Virus record (IMG/VR): IMGVR_UViG_3300044697_000029
Coordinates: 1 to 64,000 of that record
Strand: one strand, 5' to 3'
DNA from: a virus
DNA: 64,000 nucleotides
The notes under the pieces are model-generated. The model was not told the DNA's origin and did not search any database. It was given only the letters and a program-made list of their open reading frames with translations. Every line of letters starts with the position of its first letter. The stretch's first letter is position 1. The position numbers and the translations under genes are program-made. Positions 56,964 through 64,000 of the stretch are shown here, piece after piece.

Positions 56964-57209
56964 ATGGCGCGGGCGCACAGGTATGTTCCCAAGAAGGATT
57001 TCCATCCAGGGGGGCAGAAGGGAAAGCTCCACCGCGAGCTTGGTGTTCCAGTCGATCAGCCGATTGGCGCCGCACGCATTGAGGCGGCGACGCATTCCAA
57101 GAACCCCGAAATTCGCCGTGACGCGATCCGCGCCCAGACGATGGCAGGATGGCATCACGGCAGCAGCAAGCCCCGAGCCGCCGATCGTCGCTACGCCGGC
57201 CACAAGTGA
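56964..57209 (+). CDS. Small basic protein (GKLHRELGVP) with C-terminal AADRRY
   Basis: GGAGG RBS before ATG 56964. Confidence 0.75.
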   Translation: MARAHRYVPKKDFHPGGQKGKLHRELGVPVDQPIGAARIEAATHSKNPEIRRDAIRAQTMAGWHHGSSKPRAADRRYAGHK

Positions 57210-57221
57210 AGGATAGAACCG

Positions 57222-57815
57222 ATGCCCGATGGAATGATGAGCGCGGCCCAGCGGCGTTATGCCAAGGAAAGGCCCGGCGAGAAGCGTGAGGAAAAGCCGG
57301 GCCAGGAAGGCGGTCGCGAGAAGCCGACCGAACCGCGCCGGGAAGAGCGCCGCGAGGAACGCCGGGGCGAGGATCGCCATGAGCGTCGCGAGGCCCGCGG
57401 TCGCGGTCGCGAGTCCGAAGGCATGAAGGCGATGCTGGAACGGCACAACGACGAGCACGCCGAACGCGAGAAGAGGCAGGAAGGCGAGCGCCGCGACATG
57501 CACATGCGGCATCGCGAAGCCCACCGCGACATGGCGAAGCGCCACACCGAAGAACGGATGGGCATCAGGTCGCACGCCGAGATGATGGCTGTTCATCGCC
57601 GGCACGAACACGAGAAACGCGCCCTCCATCATACCCATCACGAAGAAATGGGGCTGCTCCATCATCGGCATGAAAACGAGACCGCAATGATGCACGCCAG
57701 ACACGAAGCGGAGATGGCTGGCGCCCCGGATGCTGCGGCTGCGGTCGAAGGCGCGACGCCGGCCGGTCCTGGTGGCGCAGCGGCTCCCGAGGGTCCGCAG
57801 GGCGCCGGGGTATAG
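57222..57815 (+). CDS. His/Glu/Arg/Met-rich helical protein with N-terminal SAAQRRY
   Basis: AAGGA RBS; 11-residue HxxHExE repeats. Confidence 0.75.
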   Translation: MPDGMMSAAQRRYAKERPGEKREEKPGQEGGREKPTEPRREERREERRGEDRHERREARGRGRESEGMKAMLERHNDEHAEREKRQEGERRDMHMRHREAHRDMAKRHTEERMGIRSHAEMMAVHRRHEHEKRALHHTHHEEMGLLHHRHENETAMMHARHEAEMAGAPDAAAAVEGATPAGPGGAAAPEGPQGAGV

Positions 57816-57819
57816 GGCC

Positions 57820-58347
57820 GTGGCGCAATTCCGGGAGTTCCGCAGTCTCGCCCTCTCGGACGATGAACTGCATGACATGGCGCAGGCCCGCGCCGGCATC
57901 ACGACTGACGAAGACTTGCCGGAATACCCGCCCGGTCTTCGTTTTACGATCCGCGAGCAGTCGTTCGAGGATTTCGGGATCGACGGCGCTCGGCCTGGCG
58001 CAACCGTGGAGTTCGCCGCCTTCGCCCGTGTAAGTAGTGTCAGCCTCCGCACGGACGGCTGCCGCGTCGAGCTTGAGCTGATGATGGTTTCGCTCGATGA
58101 CGGAGAGTTCGTGGAGTTGCCGGACCAGGATCGGCCGACAATCTGCCTTGATGAGAATGACCACGAGCGGTTGGACCTGGAGGAAGGATCTGCCGAGCGC
58201 GGGCACATCCTGCACCTGATGGGCGCAGCGGAAGTGGTCTCGGTGGACGACACCTCTTATGGCGGCAAGTCGCTGGTGCTTCAGATCACAGACGGGATGG
58301 TGGTTGAAGACGAAGACGAGGAGGCGCATGACCAGTCCTCGCAGTAG
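57820..58347 (+). CDS. Capsid-staple-like protein with an internally duplicated domain
   Basis: YPPGLRFTI...A.V.SVS...LEL followed by a similar TICLD...AEVVSV...LQIT. Confidence 0.6.
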   Translation: MAQFREFRSLALSDDELHDMAQARAGITTDEDLPEYPPGLRFTIREQSFEDFGIDGARPGATVEFAAFARVSSVSLRTDGCRVELELMMVSLDDGEFVELPDQDRPTICLDENDHERLDLEEGSAERGHILHLMGAAEVVSVDDTSYGGKSLVLQITDGMVVEDEDEEAHDQSSQ

Positions 58348-58358
58348 AGGACGAAACG

Positions 58359-59126
58359 ATGAAGACTTGCAAGAGTTGCGGTCAGACGAAAGCGCCAGAT
58401 GAGTTCCTTCCAGAGCCTCGTGTGCGCGACGGCTTGACGGCGAGATGTCGCACTTGCCTGTTGGAGTATGGCCGACAGTGGGCAGTGGCGAATGCCGGAA
58501 GCGTCAAACGGTCCAGGGAGGCGTACAAGGAACGGAATGCTGACCGGCATCGAGCAAACCGCGCTGCCGCGAAAGAGCGCAACACGGAGGCTAGACGCCT
58601 CCGAGCCGCCGAGGCTCGCGTTGCCAGAGGGCGGGCGCTTCTTGACCGAGACGCAGAGTTGCGTAAGCAGATCGACGGGGTCAATGTGCGTCTCTGCTCA
58701 AAGTGCCGGCGCTACCAACCATACTCCGCCTTCTCGCCAGCCATCGGGAGGGGTGACGGCCTACAGCCCTCCTGCAAAGCATGCGGCGCTATGGCTGCCA
58801 GAAAAAGCCGCGCAGCGGCGACGTACGAGCAGCGCGAAGCGAAGCGCCGCTATATGTTGCCATACGGGCTAAAGCGCCTCTATGGAATTTTGCTTGAGGA
58901 CTACCAGCGAATGAGGGCCGTGCAGGAAGAACGTTGTGGGGTTTGCCATGATCCACTACCGACCGGCCGAAGGTGCCATGTTGACCATGACCATCGAACT
59001 GGCATCGTTCGTGGGCTGCTCTGTGGGCGATGCAATAATGGGTTGGGCCAATTTCGTGATGACCCAGCGACGCTTCGCGCGGCTGCTGCATACTTAGAAA
59101 ACTCGCGAGTGAGGGAAGCTGCATAG
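58359..59126 (+). CDS. Free-standing endonuclease VII-type HNH homing endonuclease
   Basis: Two N-terminal CxxC fingers; CGVC, HVDHDH, VRGLLCGRCN.GLG. Confidence 0.9.
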   Translation: MKTCKSCGQTKAPDEFLPEPRVRDGLTARCRTCLLEYGRQWAVANAGSVKRSREAYKERNADRHRANRAAAKERNTEARRLRAAEARVARGRALLDRDAELRKQIDGVNVRLCSKCRRYQPYSAFSPAIGRGDGLQPSCKACGAMAARKSRAAATYEQREAKRRYMLPYGLKRLYGILLEDYQRMRAVQEERCGVCHDPLPTGRRCHVDHDHRTGIVRGLLCGRCNNGLGQFRDDPATLRAAAAYLENSRVREAA

Positions 59127-59614
59127 TGAGCGATGCCCCCTACGGCGCTGGGGCCGACCCGGACCCGGCTTGGCAATCACACATTGACCGCTTGAACCCT
59201 GGCGTCAATCCGGCACATATCCCCGGGCAGGGACCGCCAGCGCAGGAGACCGATGAGATGACCCCCGACCAATTCACAGAGTTCAAGGCGCTGGTGACCG
59301 ATTTCCTGACGCCGGTACGCGAGGTTGCGCTGCGGCATCTTGCATGGATGGAGGAACAGCAGCCGATACCGCAGATGCCAAATGTTGCGCCCCCACCAGA
59401 CCTGTCGCCCGACGTGCAGGATTGGGAGCCGACTGACCTGACGGGTAATGACGGGCTACCGATGGTATTCAGTCCATCGCTGAACGTGTACCGCTCTGCG
59501 TCGCGACTGGAAGCGGCGAGTAGCTATGATGGCGACGCCCCTCCGGAACCCGGTAACCGAGGCGACGAGCGTTCCGCTGATACGGCCCCCACGGGCGACG
59601 CTGCCGCCGTCTGA
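59126..59614 (+). CDS. Hypothetical acidic Pro-rich protein
   Basis: Coupled ORF in the late operon. Confidence 0.5.
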   Translation: MSDAPYGAGADPDPAWQSHIDRLNPGVNPAHIPGQGPPAQETDEMTPDQFTEFKALVTDFLTPVREVALRHLAWMEEQQPIPQMPNVAPPPDLSPDVQDWEPTDLTGNDGLPMVFSPSLNVYRSASRLEAASSYDGDAPPEPGNRGDERSADTAPTGDAAAV

Positions 59615-59625
59615 ATGACGCCGCC

Positions 59626-61653
59626 ATGATCCTGCGCCGTCTCGTCGCGTTGGCTTGTACGCTTGTCCTGGCGCCCGCGTTGGCATGGGCACAAGGTTCC
59701 GTGCTGCAAGCTGGCCCTCCGGTTGGCGGCCATGTGCCGATGTATTCGCCAGGGGGCAGCTTTCAGGCCGTCATTCAGGACAGCGGACCGGCCAGCGGAG
59801 GGCAGCCTGGCCTTGGCCTGTCGGAACTTCTCGGCGTGTCACGTTCCCCCAATGCCAACAGTGGAACCGGCCCACTGGGAACCCATGCGTGCTGGTATGA
59901 CGCCCCCATCACAACCGGCGGCTATCATTACATCTGCTTTGACCCGAACGCCCAAGGTGGCGGCCTCATCGCGTATGGCAATGCCGGCACCGCGCCGCAG
60001 GAGTCGCTACAGATCGCCGTCAACGGAACGGCCTACCCATTTCCCTTCGTGCTGAGCGGCATCGCTGGCCCATCCGTCAGCACGCCCAACGATCTCATGT
60101 GCTGGAACAATTCCAACGGCACGCTGGCAAAAGACTGTGGCGAGGGTTCCAGCACAATCAATTTCGGCAACCAGCTCGGAACGGGCATCTGCCTAGGATG
60201 CAACACTGCTCTCGGCCTGAACGGTCTTGACCTTGCGGTGTATGGCAACGGTAGCTGGGGCTACGTACAGCCCTCCACGCCGCTTCGGGGAGGCCAATGG
60301 CAGGTTTACAGCACATTCGCCACAGCCCGCGCGGCGGCGAGCGGCTCTGCCACGCTGGTCCTGAGCAGTGGCGCGACCGTCAACCCGGCGTGGATCGGGC
60401 TACCGTTCGGCTACTACGTTCCAGACGGCGGCGGCTTTGGGCTGCGGTACTACGTGCAAAGCGTCAATGTCGGCGCCAACTCCGTCACGCTCACCAATCT
60501 CGATGCTTCCACACCGACGTTCTCCAGCGGCAATGGCGATTTTTTCTTCGGTGCGGACGTAAACGTCTCGGTGGTCAACTGCTCCGGTTCGACGTGCACA
60601 TGGGTAAGCGGTGAGCAGTTCTCTCCTTTCGCCGCGGGCGGAACAACGGCTGTTGCAGTGATCGGTGGCACGGATTACGTCATCAACTCATCGACGGCGA
60701 CCACGCTTTCGCTGGCTACAAGCGCGGGTACACAAACCGGCGTCTCCATGACGCAATATACCTGGGACTTCGACACCGCCACGAACTACCGAGCCCAACT
60801 TGTTGCGGGATCGTGGGAAGAGAACTTGTTTATTGGCGCCCGCGCGATCGGCGATTTTGAAATCCGCGGGCTGCAATCCGGCGTTGGGCAGTTCCACCCG
60901 CTAGTGATCGGCAACGGATTCTCCGGATCGCCAACCAACTTCCTTTACGACCAGATCGTTGAGAACCCAGACGGGATGCTTTCTCTGGGCGGCTCCGAGG
61001 GTGGCGACACTCTTAGAGTGCAGCCAACCAATGACTCGGCCGCCACCAACTATCTCTACATGCCCACCCCATACACGGGAGACAACATCGCCCTGTCGGC
61101 TCGCACGAACGGGAGTGATAGCGCGGTCAATATCAACTTCGATACGCTCGGGACCGGCGCCACAATCTTTACGAGCCACACTTTCGGCTACACCGAGTTC
61201 GCGATTTATGGAGCCGGCCACGCGGACTATCCCACAGCAGCCAGCGGGTCCGGATCAGCGGTCTTTGGGGCGGCCTCTGGCACCGACACGAATGTCAATG
61301 TCCAGATGCTGCCGAAGGGAACCGGGATCGTATTGCTCGGCAATCTATGCACCGCGTCCGGATCAACGCCGCAGACATGCAATGATCCCCGCGGCATTGT
61401 CACCACCTCATCCCTTTCGACCGCCGCCTCGACGCTCGCCGCCGACTATGTGATCGACGACAGTTCGGTGACTGGCAGTTCGATGGTGCAGTGCACGATC
61501 GATGCGTATTCCGGGACATGGCATACAAACGGCGTCCCCGTCATCGCCGCGTGCATCCCTGGGAGTGGCACGATTACGGTCAAGATTCAGAATGTTGATA
61601 CTGCGAATGCGCTCAGTGGCACGGTTGGGATCGGCTTTGCCGTATTGAACTGA
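59626..61653 (+). CDS. Large Gly/Ser/Thr-rich fibre/spike-like protein with Sec signal peptide
   Basis: MILRRLVALACTLVLAPALAWA-Q; beta-rich; GTDTNVNVQMLPKGTG. Confidence 0.8.
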   Translation: MILRRLVALACTLVLAPALAWAQGSVLQAGPPVGGHVPMYSPGGSFQAVIQDSGPASGGQPGLGLSELLGVSRSPNANSGTGPLGTHACWYDAPITTGGYHYICFDPNAQGGGLIAYGNAGTAPQESLQIAVNGTAYPFPFVLSGIAGPSVSTPNDLMCWNNSNGTLAKDCGEGSSTINFGNQLGTGICLGCNTALGLNGLDLAVYGNGSWGYVQPSTPLRGGQWQVYSTFATARAAASGSATLVLSSGATVNPAWIGLPFGYYVPDGGGFGLRYYVQSVNVGANSVTLTNLDASTPTFSSGNGDFFFGADVNVSVVNCSGSTCTWVSGEQFSPFAAGGTTAVAVIGGTDYVINSSTATTLSLATSAGTQTGVSMTQYTWDFDTATNYRAQLVAGSWEENLFIGARAIGDFEIRGLQSGVGQFHPLVIGNGFSGSPTNFLYDQIVENPDGMLSLGGSEGGDTLRVQPTNDSAATNYLYMPTPYTGDNIALSARTNGSDSAVNINFDTLGTGATIFTSHTFGYTEFAIYGAGHADYPTAASGSGSAVFGAASGTDTNVNVQMLPKGTGIVLLGNLCTASGSTPQTCNDPRGIVTTSSLSTAASTLAADYVIDDSSVTGSSMVQCTIDAYSGTWHTNGVPVIAACIPGSGTITVKIQNVDTANALSGTVGIGFAVLN

Positions 61654-62225
61654 TGATGACGGCACTCGATATCGTAAATGCCGCCATCCAGTACATCGGC
61701 GACGACCAGCCTCCGGTCACAGGTTCGTACCCGACCTTCGATGACAGTGCGGCCGGGATCGCGGCTGCTGCACTCTACGGCTCCTGCGTCTCGACGGTGG
61801 CCCGGCAGTTCGGATGGGATTTCGGGCGCAACCAGGTCGCGCTGGCGACATCTGGGAATGCGGCGCCGCTAGGATGGGCCTACGAGTATCTCTACCCATC
61901 CCTCGCCGTTGAGGTGCAGCAGATCGTTCCGCCTGCCATCGCTGATCCGAACAATCCGCTGCCGCAGAACTGGTCTGTTGGCAGCGCTCTTGTTTCTGGG
62001 GTGCCCACCAAGGTGATCTGGTCGAATGAGCAGGCGGCTTTGGCGGTGTTCACCAATCCGCAGTTGAGCAACCCGACCGTGTGGGACCCGTTGTTTCGCG
62101 AGGCGGTGGTGCGGCTGCTGGGGTCCGAGATGGCGATTGCGGTTGCCGGCAAGCCGGATACGAGCCGCGACCTGCTTGAAAGCGCCAGCGGCTTCGGGAA
62201 TGCCGGGATGACGAGGCCGAACTAG
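61653..62225 (+). CDS. Tail adaptor / tubular protein A-like, paralog 1
   Basis: DIVNAAI..IG, WDFGR, WAYEYLYP, WDPLFREAV. Confidence 0.85.
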   Translation: MMTALDIVNAAIQYIGDDQPPVTGSYPTFDDSAAGIAAAALYGSCVSTVARQFGWDFGRNQVALATSGNAAPLGWAYEYLYPSLAVEVQQIVPPAIADPNNPLPQNWSVGSALVSGVPTKVIWSNEQAALAVFTNPQLSNPTVWDPLFREAVVRLLGSEMAIAVAGKPDTSRDLLESASGFGNAGMTRPN

Positions 62226-62240
62226 AGGAGCGCCAACTTC

Positions 62241-62750
62241 TCAGCCCCACGTTTGGTTTGGTGGCGGGGGGCCTTGATAGTCCTGTGTATTGATAAGAAA
62301 AGCGCAACGCGGCTCATGAAAACTGAACTTTGTCGGGGCACGCGATGCCTGTAGCGGCTCGCCGCAACGCGCGGCGTTGATGGCGCACCCAGCAATCGCA
62401 CGTAACCGCTCCCGATTGTCAGGGTCCATGTTCCATTTTCCGCCATGAAAGTGTGGGTCACTCGCCTTTCCCACCGCGATGGCCGCAGCGTCCAACAGAG
62501 TCGCGCTATCTACTGGTTGTGGTGCTGCAAGATTCGGAATTATGAGGTGCGGACCGCCAGAATGGCGCAGTTCCGCATCTATCATGGCCTGATAGTGCGC
62601 CTTACAATCGGGGGCGGCTACCGCCATCGCCGCAGTTGGCTCGCGCATTTCCACCAACACGTCGTGCGCAATGAGCCGCCAGTCCGAAACGCCGCTCAGG
62701 ACACCATCCTGGATAACCTTCGCAACGCGGTCTATCAGGTCGCCGTCCAT
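62241..62750 (-). CDS. Hypothetical protein (MREPT.AM...AMIDA type) inserted antisense between adaptor genes
   Basis: AGGAG RBS; recognisable motif. Confidence 0.6.
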   Translation of the reverse strand: MDGDLIDRVAKVIQDGVLSGVSDWRLIAHDVLVEMREPTAAMAVAAPDCKAHYQAMIDAELRHSGGPHLIIPNLAAPQPVDSATLLDAAAIAVGKASDPHFHGGKWNMDPDNRERLRAIAGCAINAARCGEPLQASRAPTKFSFHEPRCAFLINTQDYQGPPPPNQTWG

Positions 62751-62772
62751 CGGGCTGCTCCTAGGGGAATGA

Positions 62773-63405
62773 ATGGTCGCATCTGTCCAGTCTCCGGCCG
62801 ATATTGTCAACCTCGCGCTATCCCGTGCCGGCCGCACGGAGCGCGTCGGCAATCTCTACGACGGCAGCGAGTTCGCCAAACGCGCGCTCGACACGTACGG
62901 CCAGACCCGCGACGCGCTGCTCCGCAACGCAGACTGGGGCTTTCCGCGCCGCGATACTGCGCTGACGCTGCTGAAGTCCGCGCCGGCAGGCGGCTACGTG
63001 CCAGGCATTTCGACGTGGAATCCAGCGCTCAACCCGCCGCGGCCGTACTCGTACGAATACGCCTACCCGACTGACTGCATGCTGCTGCGCGCGATCCGGC
63101 CACCGTCGATCTGGCAGCCTGAGTTCACGCCGCTGCCGCAGGTGTTCGAGATCGCCAACGACGCGGTACCGGTGAACAACCAAGGGGGCGCCCCGGGGCG
63201 TGTGATCCTGTGCTACCTCGGCGACGCAGTGGCTACCTACTGCGGGCAAGTCACAGACATGACGCAGTGGGATATCGGGTTCGTTGAGGCGATGGCAAAC
63301 GAAATGGCGCGGGCATTGAGCATGGGGAAAGTGGCGCCGCAACAGCAGGCCAACCCGTTCCCGGGTGCGATACAGCCGGTGCATACGCCGGTTTTGCAGG
63401 GATAA
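62773..63405 (+). CDS. Tail adaptor / tubular protein A-like, paralog 2
   Basis: DIVNLALSRAG, RDALLR..DWGF, YEYAYPTDC, WDIGFVEAM. Confidence 0.85.
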   Translation: MVASVQSPADIVNLALSRAGRTERVGNLYDGSEFAKRALDTYGQTRDALLRNADWGFPRRDTALTLLKSAPAGGYVPGISTWNPALNPPRPYSYEYAYPTDCMLLRAIRPPSIWQPEFTPLPQVFEIANDAVPVNNQGGAPGRVILCYLGDAVATYCGQVTDMTQWDIGFVEAMANEMARALSMGKVAPQQQANPFPGAIQPVHTPVLQG

Positions 63406-63408
63406 CCG

Positions 63409-64000
63409 ATGCAGGTCGAGGACATTTGTAACAGAGCACTCGATATCTGCGGGTGTCCTGAGCAGGCAATCGGTGACATCCAGCAGGGCACCAACGCTGC
63501 CCGTATTCTGCTGCGGCACTACATCCCGTGCCTTGAGCAATTGTCGCGCGCCGCATACTGGAATACGCATCGTAAACAAGCGCCGATGCAGTTGCTCGGC
63601 GCCAAGCCGGGTTTCGGTCCTGCGGTTCCGAGCGGCCAACAGCCGACATATGGTTCACAGGTTATCTTCCCTTGGACCTATGAATATGCGTGGCCGATCG
63701 ACTGCGTCGCCGCAAGATTTGTACCGTGGAACAATAGCCTTCCACAGAGCGCGACTCCCTCCAACAATACCTCCGTTCCGCCGGTCCCTCCCACCACATT
63801 CGACGCGCCGTTCCAGACACCGGCTACCATCATGCCGGCAAGAATGTTGGTTGCCAGCGACAACAACTATCCTCTGCCGATCAGTCCGGAGACACCGCCG
63901 CAACAATGGTGGAACACACGCGGTGCCGCACCCGACATCAGAACGGTCGTGCTGACCAATGTTCCGAATGCCGAGTTGGTCTATACGGCATTCATCCCCT
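63409..64000 (+). CDS. Tail adaptor / tubular protein A-like, paralog 3 (runs off the window; not in the ORF track)
   Basis: MQVEDICNRALD...LSRAAYWN...WTYEYAWPIDC. Confidence 0.85.
   Translation, partial: MQVEDICNRALDICGCPEQAIGDIQQGTNAARILLRHYIPCLEQLSRAAYWNTHRKQAPMQLLGAKPGFGPAVPSGQQPTYGSQVIFPWTYEYAWPIDCVAARFVPWNNSLPQSATPSNNTSVPPVPPTTFDAPFQTPATIMPARMLVASDNNYPLPISPETPPQQWWNTRGAAPDIRTVVLTNVPNAELVYTAFIP

Larger units (their letters stand above)
1..64000. mobile_element. Tailed phage/prophage genome segment (BPP-1/Bcep22-like podovirus head-tail module), likely alphaproteobacterial host
   Basis: Terminase, portal, scaffold, capsid, cement and adaptor genes; phage recombination and replication genes; dense ATGA/TGATG-coupled small ORFs; no host housekeeping genes. 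Confidence 0.95.

Noticed and set aside
43983-58253. Long antisense ORFs (43983-45035, 49582-50967, 56865-58253)
   Set aside because: Shadow frames of high-GC genes with no motifs of their own
1-64000. Diversity-generating retroelement as in BPP-1
   Set aside because: No reverse transcriptase or TR/VR pair seen in this window
1-64000. CRISPR array, tRNA or rRNA genes, integrase and att sites
   Set aside because: No repeat-spacer periodicity, cloverleaf or recombinase motifs found by eye

Overview
A GC-rich segment of a tailed dsDNA phage or prophage, probably infecting an Alphaproteobacterium. The head-tail module is podovirus-like, of the BPP-1/Bcep22 type. Order: rightward end of a late/accessory region (1-3990: Acb2/Tad1-like protein, Tat lipoprotein, papain-like peptidase); a long leftward early arm (Ead/Ea22, Sak4-like ATPase, RecE-like exonuclease, methyltransferase); back-to-back sigma70 promoters at about 19.9 kb driving a Cro-like/RusA operon; a leftward DNA-modification and replication operon (DUF5131, three more methyltransferases, GP88-like protein, primase-helicase, replication initiator); a complete 3.8-kb IS1595-family element with cargo and an 8-bp target-site duplication inside a GcrA-like gene; then the late operon (NusG-like factor, split terminase, portal, scaffold, major capsid, cement, fibres, tail adaptors). 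I found no integrase, CI repressor, tRNA or CRISPR. The most unusual signals are in the virion module. (1) A peptide [SRP]-[AP]-A-[DQ]-R-R-Y is shared, with different codons, by the scaffold C-terminus, the portal N-terminus and three small basic or His-rich proteins, and is a candidate capsid cargo-loading tag. (2) There are two extra, internally deleted major capsid paralogs. (3) Three fibre-like proteins have Sec signal peptides and even numbers of Cys. (4) There are three tail-adaptor paralogs. (5) A compact, possibly pseudoknotted RNA follows the cement gene. All family assignments are motif recognition by eye; no database searches were run.
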